64,000 nucleotides of DNA from contig OZ251446.1 in NCBI GenBank assembly GCA_965242495.1, forward strand, positions 458,732 to 522,731, written 5' to 3'. The position numbers were made by a program, and so were the translations under genes. Shown here in pieces: positions 20,960 through 29,839 of the stretch (position 1 is the first letter of the stretch; every line of letters starts with the position of its first letter). Source of the stretch: Alphaproteobacteria bacterium. GTDB lineage: Bacteria > Pseudomonadota > Alphaproteobacteria > MPNO01. The notes under the pieces were generated by a model that saw nothing but the letters and a program-made list of their open reading frames with translations, was not told the origin of the DNA and ran no database searches.

Positions 20960-21406
20960 CTATCGGGCCATCCGGCGCGGCGCGGCGCGCGCCACGTGCA
21001 GGATGCGGTCCGACAGATAGGGATGGGCGCGCAGCTTGTCGTGGAATCGCGCGTCGGCGGTGACCACCGGATACCCCGTCTGGATCGCCAAGGCGAGATA
21101 GAAGCAGTCGTAGACCGGGTGGTCGACGTCCGCGGCGAGCCGGGCGGCGGCGGCGGCGAGCTGGGGCATGGAGAAGGGGGTCGCGAGCGGCGCCGCCTTC
21201 AGCGCGTCCACCGCCGCCGCAACGTCCTCATCGGAGACGTCGCCCCGCCGCCGCAACGCCCACAGCGCGTTGGCGACTTCGGCGAAGACGAGTTCGGGCG
21301 CCGCGAGCGTCGATCCGCCCTCCAGAAGACGAGCCGCTTCGTCGGAGAATTCCTCCGTCACCAACCATTTCACGACGACGCTGGCGTCGACCACGTGGCC
21401 CGTCAC
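20960..21406 (-). CDS. vapC: PIN-domain toxin VapC
   Basis: VVDASVVVKW…D…D PIN acidic residues. GTG start overlaps the antitoxin stop (GTGA). Confidence 0.8.
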   Translation of the reverse strand: MTGHVVDASVVVKWLVTEEFSDEAARLLEGGSTLAAPELVFAEVANALWALRRRGDVSDEDVAAAVDALKAAPLATPFSMPQLAAAAARLAADVDHPVYDCFYLALAIQTGYPVVTADARFHDKLRAHPYLSDRILHVARAAPRRMAR

Positions 21407-21639
21407 GCCAAGCCGTCCCGGTCGCGGTCGGCCCGGATCGTTTCCGCGCTGTCGATGGAAGAGCGCAGCCGCCGCCGCAAGGCTTCGGCGCGCGCGGCGA
21501 AATCCTCCTCCGCCCCGAGAAGCGCCGCGCGCAGAATGTTCCTGTGTTCGGCCTCGGCGGACCGCCCGTGCGCGGCGGCTCTGCGCTTGAGCGCGCCGAC
21601 CACCTCGTCGCTCACCTTTCGCACCGTCAACTGCGCCAT
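21403..21639 (-). CDS. antitoxin (FitA/VapB-type ribbon-helix-helix)
   Basis: 78 aa, MAQLTVRKVSDEV… RHH pattern. GGAGG RBS. Co-oriented and overlapping with vapC. Confidence 0.65.
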   Translation of the reverse strand: MAQLTVRKVSDEVVGALKRRAAAHGRSAEAEHRNILRAALLGAEEDFAARAEALRRRLRSSIDSAETIRADRDRDGLA

Positions 21640-21938
21640 GGCGCGCGCCTCCAATGAAACGTCTTCATTGCCATCATTACAGGCCGCGCGCCCGTTCGGC
21701 AAGATGCCGTCCTGGTTCACTCCCATGATCCGGCCCGCCGTCGCGATGGCCTTCCGAGCGGGTTTGGCCTCTCGATTCGCTACACGGGTTGAGCCTTGGC
21801 GGCCGCCCGGCCTCGTTGAAGCATTGGCTTCACTGGGTCCGATAGCCCACACGCCATAGCTCGCCATCGCGACGGCGCTTGACACGCCCCCGGCGGTTGT
21901 CCCGTGATCCGCCGCGGCCGTCCCAGCGGAGATAGAGA

Positions 21939-22232
21939 ATGACGCGCGCCGCCTTCGCCCTCGCCTTCGCCGTCGTCGTCGTCGCGCCCCTCGCCCCGGC
22001 GGCCCAAATTTTCAGTATGCACCCCTCCTTCGGCCCGGTTCGGGAAGGTGTGAGTTTCGACTTCGATTTCTCCACCGACAGACTTGACGTGCGCATTTCC
22101 AGGGACGGATACACCGACTCTCATCGCGTCCGCTGGCCCAATATCAAAGCGCGTCGCCGCCACGAACCCGCGCGGCCCGGTCTTCACTGGGACATGTTCG
22201 ACGGCATCCGGCAGCCCGAGCCCGCCCGTTGA
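21939..22232 (+). CDS. small hypothetical secreted protein
   Basis: GGAGA RBS, N-terminal hydrophobic signal-like segment. No recognisable domain. Confidence 0.3.
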   Translation: MTRAAFALAFAVVVVAPLAPAAQIFSMHPSFGPVREGVSFDFDFSTDRLDVRISRDGYTDSHRVRWPNIKARRRHEPARPGLHWDMFDGIRQPEPAR

Positions 22233-22347
22233 CGGCGACCGGCCTCCCAGGATGCGCCAGGATGCGCCGGGCGACCGCTCAGGCTCACCACATGAGACGC
22301 CGGACGGGCCTCCGGGAGCGGCCGTCAAGCCGCGGCGTCGGAGAGCC

Positions 22348-22812
22348 TCAACGATCGCCTTCGGGATCGTCCTGCGGTCCGCCGGTCAGACGCCCGGCCT
22401 CGTCGTAGATCTGTTCGCGGCCGACCGTGAAACCCGGCGGCCAGGACCCGCTCCGAATCGGCGGCCAGAACTCGTCGACGTCGAACCGCCGCCCGCGGGG
22501 CGGTTGCCCGGCCTGCGCGGGCGCGTCCTCCGCGCGCCGGAACACCAACGTCTCCGCCTCGAGGTCGATGGCGCCCGTCCGCCAGCCCGCGGCCTGCCAG
22601 GCGAGCGCATGGCCATGTCCGCCGCCCTTTCGCCGGTTCGACCACCAGGGCCGGTACAGGCGCGCCGAATCCGGCAGGCGGAAGCCCAGGATCGCCTCGA
22701 CCTCACCGAAGGAAGCGCGCCATTCCGCCTCGGAACGCGCGGAGAGATGGCGATAGAGCGGGGCGTACTTGCCGCGCGCCGCCGCGTCCCGCACGAGCTC
22801 TTCCCGGTTCAT
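22348..22812 (-). CDS. hypothetical protein (154 aa)
   Basis: ATG at 22812 with AAAGGGA upstream. Coding-like composition. The 5' extension of listed ORF 22348..24021 runs through REP and MITE repeats and is artefact. Confidence 0.5.
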   Translation of the reverse strand: MNREELVRDAAARGKYAPLYRHLSARSEAEWRASFGEVEAILGFRLPDSARLYRPWWSNRRKGGGHGHALAWQAAGWRTGAIDLEAETLVFRRAEDAPAQAGQPPRGRRFDVDEFWPPIRSGSWPPGFTVGREQIYDEAGRLTGGPQDDPEGDR

Positions 22813-22967
22813 GAGTTTCCCTTTCGACGCCGCGGGTTCCGAATTGCTTGCTTGAACATGGGGGCGCCGCCGTCGCCGGTCAATTGGCGCGACGGGCCGT
22901 GTCTCACACGTATCCGAACCAGGACGGGGGCTTGATGGCGCGCCGTCTTCATGGGAGCGTGGCGCGA

Positions 22968-23062
22968 TGAAGACGACCATCGAACTTCCCGACGTCATGT
23001 TCCGGCAGGCCAAGGCGCTTGCCGCCGCTCGCGGCGTCCGAGGCGCAGCTCCTGCGCCGTAA
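22968..23062 (+). pseudogene. truncated RHH/VapB-like antitoxin remnant (31 codons)
   Basis: MKTTIELPDVMFRQAKALAAARGV then premature stop. GGGAG RBS. No toxin gene follows; REP repeats instead. Confidence 0.4.
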
Positions 23063-23204
23063 GGACGACGGTCGCGCCGGACGGGATGGCCGGCTTCGGC
23101 GCGCTGTCCGAACCAACGCCTTGTCCGCCCTGGGCGGAAGGGCGCGCGGCGATCGAGGCCCATCTTCGCTCGGCGGAGCGTCCGGCCGTCCCCGGCGAGG
23201 AAGC

Positions 23205-23292
23205 TTCGTCCGAAATGGATTCCCGCTTTCGCGGGAATGACGAGGGTTGCCGCGACGGCCTCCCTCGGGCCGTCGTCACAGGCTTCCCGCGC
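23205..23292. repeat. REP-like palindromic element pair (GGATTCCCGCTTTCGCGGGAATGACG core plus TTGCCGCGACGGCCTCCCTCGGGCCGTCGTCACA unit)
   Basis: Perfect hairpin ATTCCCGC-TTT-GCGGGAAT. Same units recur at 33150-33640 and 41285-41440. Confidence 0.55.
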
Positions 23293-23400
23293 GCCCGGGT
23301 TCCGCGCGCTTGGTTGGCTGAACGGACGCCCGCGCGGTTCTTTACACTCGCTTTCGATTCCCGATGCGGCGACCCGGCGGAAGGCCGGGAGGAGGGGCGG

Positions 23401-23895
23401 ATGGACGGCGTCATGAAGACGGCGATGCTGGTTCTGGCCGCCGGGGCCGCGCTGAGCGGGTGTTTGGATCCCGGAATCGACTGCTGGAGCCGGGAGCGCT
23501 ACCAGGCTGCGGCGCGAAACCCGGGCGGCCCGATCCATGAGATACGGGCCGGGACGCATCCCGGCGAGGTCGCGGTGGAAGACCCGGGCAACTGGTGGAC
23601 GGGCGTCCGGTTCACGGGCGAGTCGTGTCGGATGGAGGTCGAGCACCGACCGGAAGGGACGTATGTCGGCGCGGGTTTCCTGGACGCGGCGGTGAGGCTG
23701 CGCGCGCGCATGGGCCCGGAAGACAGCCCGTTCTTTACCGGAGAGACCGCGGACGGGAGGGTCGTCGTCCTGCAACACCATCTGGGCCGCCCCGTGTCGC
23801 TGACGCTGACCCGTTACGGGGCGGACGGAACGCTGAACTACGGGGCCTGCGGCGAACCGGGGGCGCCGTTTCTGGAATGCCATGGCGGCCGATAG
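23401..23895 (+). CDS. hypothetical lipoprotein
   Basis: GGAGGAGG RBS. Signal peptide with lipobox LSGC (MKTAMLVLAAGAALSGC). Confidence 0.55.
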   Translation: MDGVMKTAMLVLAAGAALSGCLDPGIDCWSRERYQAAARNPGGPIHEIRAGTHPGEVAVEDPGNWWTGVRFTGESCRMEVEHRPEGTYVGAGFLDAAVRLRARMGPEDSPFFTGETADGRVVVLQHHLGRPVSLTLTRYGADGTLNYGACGEPGAPFLECHGGR

Positions 23896-23933
23896 CAGGG
23901 ATCGCCGGGCTTCCCGGCCGGGAGTCCGCCACT

Positions 23934-24037
23934 GTCCTGGTTCAGACACATGTGAGACGGCGCCCATCGCGCCAGTCGATATCCGGTCGTTCCATGGCCG
24001 GAGGCCCACCCGGTGTCTCATGTGTAGTGAACCAGGA
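23934..24037. repeat. MITE-like element copy 2 (104-bp short form)
   Basis: Same TIRs as 8000-8214 and 27394-27603, lacking the ~110-bp internal segment. Confidence 0.55.
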
Positions 24038-24373
24038 CAATATGACTCAAGATTGCATTCGGTGTAGTCTCCGCCGCCGATAGCAGCTAGGAGCGCACGG
24101 GATGGATGGAATGAGGGTGCTCAGCGTAATTCGAAGGGAAGGCCGCCGGGGTAGCGAGGTGATGTGCTGCGTGACGGGTCTGGCTCGATGTGGCCTGGGC
24201 AGTGGTCGGCGGACGGTGGTCACCATCGCGGCGGAAGAGCAGCAGCGGCGACATCTACGGGCCATGCCGCCGACCAGCGGAGCGTTGAGCATGGGTGGCG
24301 CCTGTCTTTCCGAAGTCTTCGTGAGGCGTTCGCAGGGCGCCGCGGGGGCTGGCGGCGTTTGTGCGCATGGGTG

Positions 24374-24577
24374 ATGAAGATTCGCGAGTTGATCAGGATG
24401 ATCGAACGTGATGGCTGGATACAAGTGAGAACGCGAGGCAGCCACCGGCAGTTCACGCATCCCGTCAAGCCGGGAACGGTCACGGTGTCAGGCAAGGCAG
24501 GCATTGATGTGCCGCTGGGCACTCTGAACAGTGTGCTCAAGCAGGCGGGTCTGAAACAGCCGGAGAGAACCCCATGA
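24374..24577 (+). CDS. hicA: HicA family mRNA-interferase toxin
   Basis: MKIRELIRMIERDGWIQVRTRGSHRQFTHP…GTV matches HicA. ATGA overlap with hicB. Confidence 0.85.
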   Translation: MKIRELIRMIERDGWIQVRTRGSHRQFTHPVKPGTVTVSGKAGIDVPLGTLNSVLKQAGLKQPERTP

Positions 24578-24789
24578 AGTATACGGTGATTGTGGAAAAA
24601 GGTGAGTCAAGCTACGGGGCGTTTGTTCCCGACTTGCCCGGTTGCATCGCGGTTGGCGAGGATCGGGAGCAGACGTTGCGCTTGCTGGAGGAAGCGGTTG
24701 TATTTCACGTCGAAGGGCTGCGGGCAAAAGGATTGCCGGTGCCGCCACCGCAATGCGACATAGCGCATGTGGAGGTGGAAGCCGCGTGA
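24574..24789 (+). CDS. hicB: HicB family antitoxin (short form)
   Basis: MKYTVIVEKGESSYGAFVPDLPGCIAVGED…EAVVFHVEGL matches the HicB N-terminal domain. Confidence 0.75.
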   Translation: MKYTVIVEKGESSYGAFVPDLPGCIAVGEDREQTLRLLEEAVVFHVEGLRAKGLPVPPPQCDIAHVEVEAA

Positions 24790-25107
24790 CGGCATGAAAG
24801 CATGCACAGGTCGGCTCCTGGTCGTCATAGATGTTGACGTTATATTCGCTGGGAGCCGTTCCAGTTTTGAGGAACCTGAGGACTGGTACGCTGCGGTCAT
24901 TGCATGCCGACACAGATGTTACCACGAGACAATCATGACTGCCGTGTAAATTCCTGTTACGAATGATTACTTAGGAGAATCTGGATTTTCTCCCGTGCTT
25001 GAACCGTGAGGTAACCGTGATCGGAGTCGAGACAACTGTGAAACCTTCACCATCTATTGTGGCTCTTACCGGTGCCGAATTAAGATCTGTCGATGCATTG
25101 AGGAGTC

Positions 25108-25449
25108 TTAACACTGAGACGCTCGGCCTCCTTGCCGATAAGATCCTTTCACACTATCTCTTTTCGGGCGGAGGTCTCTCAGGATGATCGTCTCGTTGCG
25201 TATTTGTTGTTTGCACGCCATAAATATCACATACGCATCATTCATCTTTGTGTTGCCAGCGAGATTGGCGGGGGTCAGGCGCATCCGTCTGGCGATGGAG
25301 GCGTTGGGTTCGCCCTCGGCGCAGGCCAGGACGATCTGCGCACGCCGGACCAGCCCATGGGGCAAGGAGCGCGCATTGGTGAGACTGAGCAATTGGGATT
25401 TCTCGGTGTCGTCGAGAACGATAGGTGCGATCGGGCGACCGGGGGCCAT
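25108..25449 (-). pseudogene. IS630-family transposase N-terminal (HTH) fragment
   Basis: MAPGRPIAPIVLDDTEKSQLLSLTNARSLPHGLVRRAQIVLACAEGEPNASIARRMRLTP then divergence. No DDE domain. Confidence 0.6.
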
Positions 25450-25591
25450 GGCTGGACTCCTGTGGGAAACCAACCAGAAACGTATCGGTCATTTGAGGGA
25501 TACAACATTAGTTTGAATTGTTCCACGGAAGAAACTACCATGAGAGGGTTGCGCATGCAGGAGGCTGTCCTTCTCTATTTTCCCTGACCTT

Positions 25592-26308
25592 TTACTCACG
25601 GAAGTCTTTTTTCCACCTTGCTACCTCTGCGTATGCGTTCCGTGTGTGAATCTTCCCTTTCTCTGCTACGCTCATGTTGTGTCTGTGCATTTGCCTCAGC
25701 GTCACGCCGAGGTTGCCCATCGTTTTGTTCGCCCTCATCTTTCCGCTTCGCTCCCTCCCCATCATCAACAATACTGAGTGTGAAACCGGCCCTTCGGGGT
25801 CGCTCACCTGCATCCGCGCCGCGAAGTGTTGGCCCACCATCATCACCTTCCCGCCTGTTCCCGGGAGTCTGATCCACCGGCTGAGCTGATATTCGTTTCC
25901 GGTCCTGCCTTCCGGGATCCCCACTTCCTCCTCTTCTGTGCTCAGCCCCAGGATCGGCTCCCACCTGCCGTCCCTTCTCTCCTCGTATACCCATACGCAG
26001 CAGTCGCAGTGGCTCCGTATCGGCCAGGGAGGGAACACGCTCTTCATGGCTTCGTTGCACTCTCTGTGCATCGGCTGTACGTTCATGTCGCGGCCGATCA
26101 CCACCCCGTGCTTTCTCCGAAGCTCTTTGTGCTCTGCCCGCGACATGTGCTCATCGAGGTGCCCTCTGTTGCTCATCGTCTTCGGTATGATGTGCCCAAC
26201 GTCTCCTTCCGACGCTTCCACCCGTTTCCCGCATCCTTGCAGGTGAATCCCGCACAGTCCGCCGTCCCTCTGCCATACCCTCTCGAACTGCCGCCGTCTT
26301 TTTCCCAT
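25592..26308 (-). CDS. HNH-endonuclease-like protein (CxxC … DVGHIIP … N … H)
   Basis: ATG at 26308 with AGGAGG 11 nt upstream. GC about 50%, well below genome. HNH-type motif LCGIHLQGCGKRV…GDVGHIIPKT…NRGH. Confidence 0.55.
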   Translation of the reverse strand: MGKRRRQFERVWQRDGGLCGIHLQGCGKRVEASEGDVGHIIPKTMSNRGHLDEHMSRAEHKELRRKHGVVIGRDMNVQPMHRECNEAMKSVFPPWPIRSHCDCCVWVYEERRDGRWEPILGLSTEEEEVGIPEGRTGNEYQLSRWIRLPGTGGKVMMVGQHFAARMQVSDPEGPVSHSVLLMMGRERSGKMRANKTMGNLGVTLRQMHRHNMSVAEKGKIHTRNAYAEVARWKKDFRE

Positions 26309-26380
26309 CCGTTTACCGCCTCCTGCGCCTCGGTGCCTCTGGGTGGGCTGCTTTTTGCCCGTTGCAAATCGACCAGCCCA

Positions 26381-26697
26381 GCTTAGGCTCAGGACCTATA
26401 ACGGGGGTTGTATGGGGATGCGGGATGTGATTCAACCCTACCAGATATAGGGGGAGCATCATGTCCAACCGCCATTTCTGGCTATCCGACGCCCAATTCG
26501 CCCGTCGCCTTCGATGCCGAACTCTACAAGCGACGCAACCGCATCGAGCGCATGTTCGGCCGGCTCAAGGACTGGCGGCGCATCGCAACGCGATACGACC
26601 GATGCGCACACACATTCTTGAGCGCCATCCAAATCGCCGCTATCCTCATCTTCTGGATATCCTCATCTTCTGGATATGAGTCCTGAGCCTAGATGAC
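26381..26697 (+). mobile_element. deletion derivative of an IS5-family element bounded by 12-bp inverted repeats (TAGGCTCAGGAC)
   Basis: Left CTTAGGCTCAGGACC at about 26383, right GAGTCCTGAGCCTAG at about 26682. Contains only a transposase C-terminal fragment (…YKRRNRIERMFGRLKDWRRIATRYDR…, 26408..26686) and an 18-bp tandem duplication (CCTCATCTTCTGGATAT x2). Confidence 0.6.
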
Positions 26698-26722
26698 GGC
26701 GGTTGGCGGAGGAACGGGACGA

Positions 26723-27142
26723 ATGGGCGAGATAGTCGCTTCGATGGAGCTGGAAAACACCGTCGACCGCGACAACGCCAGCGATGGCTTGCGCGACGAA
26801 TCCACGGTGCGCCGCGCGACGGTGGACGGCGTGGTCGACGCTGGCGCGGTCATGCTCGTGTTGCCGGAGGACGTCGTCGACCGGCTCGGCTTGAGGACGC
26901 GGCGCGAGGTCGCCGTGACCTACGCCAACGAATACAGGGAGACCCGCCCGGTCGCCGGGCCGGTGACGGTCCACATCGGCGACCGCTTCATGAACGCCGA
27001 CTGCATCATCGGCCCGCCTTCGAGCGAGCCGCTGATCGGCCAGATCGTGCTGGAAGCGCTGGACTTGGCGGCGGACTGCGCCAACCGCACGCTTGGGCCG
27101 CGCCCGGAGTCGCCGGATCGTCCCCTGCTGAAGCTGAAGTGA
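26723..27142 (+). CDS. retropepsin-like (clan AA) aspartic protease
   Basis: GGAGGA RBS before ATG 26723. VDAGA active-site-like motif and family-typical length. Confidence 0.5.
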   Translation: MGEIVASMELENTVDRDNASDGLRDESTVRRATVDGVVDAGAVMLVLPEDVVDRLGLRTRREVAVTYANEYRETRPVAGPVTVHIGDRFMNADCIIGPPSSEPLIGQIVLEALDLAADCANRTLGPRPESPDRPLLKLK

Positions 27143-27393
27143 CCCGCGCCCGCCGAGGCTTCGCCGACGCCTGAACCGGTGGGTGGAGTCGAGTCGCGGC
27201 GGGTGGCGGAGACGGCGAGGCCGGGCGGCGGAGCCTTGCGCCATGCGTAGCGCCCCCCCCCCCTCCCGACCTCCCCCCTGTCAGGGGGAAAGAGCGTCAA
27301 TGGCTTCCTCCCGCCCCCTCGTTCTCCCCCCCCTTGCAGGGGGAGGGTCGGGGTGGGGGTCGCGCGAACCGGAACCGACCGGCATCCGCGCCG

Positions 27394-27603
27394 CCCCGGT
27401 TCGGACGCATGTGAGACACGGCACATCGCGCCGGTCGATATCCGGCCTTTCCATGGCCGGAAGCCTGCCGCCATGGATGCCCTTGGAGTCTCCGGGAGCG
27501 GCGCGTCGCCCGAAGGGTCGGCGCGTAGCGAAGGAGCCGCGAAGCGGCTTGACGCGCCGATCCCGGAGGCCCGCCCGGCGTCTCATATGCAGTGGACGAG
27601 GAC
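27394..27603. repeat. MITE-like element copy 3 (long form)
   Basis: Near-identical to copy 1. Artefactual ORFs in the track across it. Confidence 0.6.
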
Positions 27604-27683
27604 GGACGCTTGCGCCGCGCGATCGAACCGCACAGGATGGGCGCGGCGCCTTGCGGCGCCGGGGGAGCGGCAGCGATGGACGG

Positions 27684-29270
27684 ATGCGGATGGAGGACAA
27701 CACAGTCGTCGTAGACCGCTCGGCGACGCCGGCCGCGCTCCGCTTCGCGCCCGCGTTCAACGTCGCGGTTCCGTTCATCGACCGGCATCTCGCCGAGGGC
27801 CGGGGCGCCAAGACCGCGATCCGGACCGTCGACGAGGAGGTGAGCTACGCGGGGCTGGCCGAACGGGTCAACCGCTGCGGCGACGCGCTCAAGACGTTGG
27901 GCGTGGGCGCCGGCGAGCGGGTGCTGATGGTGGTCAAGGACGGCCCGGCCCTGATCGCGCTGTTCTTCGGCGCGGTCAAGGCGGGCGCCGTTCCGGCGCC
28001 GGTCAATACGCTGCTGCGGGCGAGCGACTATCGCTATCTGATCGAGGATTCGGGATGCGCGGTCCTGGCCTACAGCCCCGAATTCGCCGAGGTCGTGGAG
28101 GCGGCCGCGTCCGAGGCGGCGCACAAGCCGCGCCACATGCTGAAGACCGGGGGCGACGACGGCCTTTCCGGTCTGGCGGCGCAGGCCGCGCCCGCGCTCG
28201 CGCCGGCGCCCGCGACCGCGGCGACCGACTGTTTCTGGCTGTATTCGTCGGGCTCGACCGGCAACCCCAAGGGCGTCGTCCACTCGCATCGGGACATGGT
28301 GTGCACCAGCCAGCGCTACGCCGCGGACGTGGCGGGGATCCGCGAAGACGACGTCTGCTTCTCGGTGAGCAAGCTGTTCCATTCCTACGGCTTCGGCAAC
28401 GCGATGACCTTTCCGCTCTGGGCGGGGGCCACGATCGTGCTCAGCGACCGGCGCGTCTCGCCCGACATGACCTTCGAGATCATCGAGCGGTTCCGGCCGA
28501 CGGTGTTCTACGGCGTGCCGACGCTCTATGCGCAGCAGCTGCACGCGCTGGAAAGCGCCGCGCCGGACTTCTCGTCGCTCAGGCTGTGCATCTCGGCCGG
28601 CGAAGCCCTGCCGGCGGACGTGTTCCGGCGCTGGCGGGAGCGCACCGGGCTCGCCATCCTCGACGGGCTGGGCTCGACCGAAATGCTGCACATCTTCGCC
28701 TCCAACAGCGAAACCGACCTCAAGCCGGGCACTTCGGGCAAGGCGGTGCCGGGCTACGAGGTCAAGATCGTCGACGAGGCCGGCGAGCCGGTCGGGCCGG
28801 GCGAGATCGGCGTCGTGCTGGTCAAGGGCGAGTCGGCCGCCCGTTGCTACTGGAACAATCCGGAGAAGACCGCGGCGACGATGCTGGGCGACGGCTGGCT
28901 GAACACCGGCGACATGTATTACCGCGACGAAGAAGGCTATCTCGTCAATTGCGGGCGCGGCGACGACATGCTCAAGGTCGGCGCCCTGTGGTGCTCGCCG
29001 TTCGAGATCGAGGCCCGGCTGATCGAGCATCCCAAGGTGCTGGAGGCGGCGGTCGTGGGCCGCGCCGACGACGACGGGCTGACCAAGCCGGAAGCGTTCG
29101 TCGTGCCGAACGATCCCGGCGATGCGGGCGCCGCGCTGGGCGAGGAGCTGCGCGAGCATTGCCGGGCCGGGCTGGCCCGCTACAAATATCCCCGCTGGTT
29201 CAACTTCGTCGACGAACTGCCCAAGACCGCGACCGGAAAGATCCAGCGCTTCCGGCTGCGGGCCGGGTGA
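27684..29270 (+). CDS. benzoate-CoA ligase family aryl-CoA ligase (AMP-forming)
   Basis: AMP-binding motif YSSGSTGNPKGV. C-terminal …ATGKIQRFRLR typical of benzoate/4-hydroxybenzoate-CoA ligases. 528 aa. Confidence 0.8.
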   Translation: MRMEDNTVVVDRSATPAALRFAPAFNVAVPFIDRHLAEGRGAKTAIRTVDEEVSYAGLAERVNRCGDALKTLGVGAGERVLMVVKDGPALIALFFGAVKAGAVPAPVNTLLRASDYRYLIEDSGCAVLAYSPEFAEVVEAAASEAAHKPRHMLKTGGDDGLSGLAAQAAPALAPAPATAATDCFWLYSSGSTGNPKGVVHSHRDMVCTSQRYAADVAGIREDDVCFSVSKLFHSYGFGNAMTFPLWAGATIVLSDRRVSPDMTFEIIERFRPTVFYGVPTLYAQQLHALESAAPDFSSLRLCISAGEALPADVFRRWRERTGLAILDGLGSTEMLHIFASNSETDLKPGTSGKAVPGYEVKIVDEAGEPVGPGEIGVVLVKGESAARCYWNNPEKTAATMLGDGWLNTGDMYYRDEEGYLVNCGRGDDMLKVGALWCSPFEIEARLIEHPKVLEAAVVGRADDDGLTKPEAFVVPNDPGDAGAALGEELREHCRAGLARYKYPRWFNFVDELPKTATGKIQRFRLRAG

Positions 29271-29363
29271 GGCGCTACATGGTTTCTTACGCTGCTTCCG
29301 AAAAAACGCGCTTCCGGCTGCGGGCGGGGTGAGGACGGGCGGCGGGAGGATCGGGAGGACGGG

Positions 29364-29810
29364 ATGACGAAACCGATGCGACTCCAGGCGGATGCGCCGA
29401 TCTTCCTGGCTCTGGTGGTCAAGGACGTCGGCGCCGCGGTCGCGTTCTATCGCGACGTGCTGGGCATGGAGGAGATCAAGCAGGTCGTCGTGCCGGACGG
29501 CAAGGCCGCGGACGGCGGGTTCGCGCGCAAGGGCTTCCGTTTCCGCACCTTCCGCATGGGCCCGCTCGCGCTCAAGCTGGTCGAGGTGGAAGGCCGGCCG
29601 GAATCGACCCAGGGTCTGGTCGATACGCATACCGGGGTCCGCTACATCTCCTTCGCGGTGGAAGACATCGAAGCCGTGGAGCGGCGGCTGCGGGAAGCGG
29701 GCGTCGAATTCGAGTCGCCGATCCTGCCGCCGGAACCCGACCACGGCGTGGGCCGGCTGGTGTTCTTCCGCGATCCCGACGGCAATCTGCTGGAACTCTA
29801 CGGCGACTGA
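29364..29810 (+). CDS. VOC family protein
   Basis: Glyoxalase-fold pattern. 148 aa. Confidence 0.7.
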   Translation: MTKPMRLQADAPIFLALVVKDVGAAVAFYRDVLGMEEIKQVVVPDGKAADGGFARKGFRFRTFRMGPLALKLVEVEGRPESTQGLVDTHTGVRYISFAVEDIEAVERRLREAGVEFESPILPPEPDHGVGRLVFFRDPDGNLLELYGD

Positions 29811-29839
29811 GGGTCCGTTCGAGGATCGCGCTCATCCAT

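Noticed and set aside
24999-25187. 62-aa TTG-initiated ORF and 60-aa ORF 24767..24949 in the AT-rich spacer after hicB
   Set aside because: No RBS or recognisable fold. Probably relics of disrupted genes in the islet. Kept out of the feature list.
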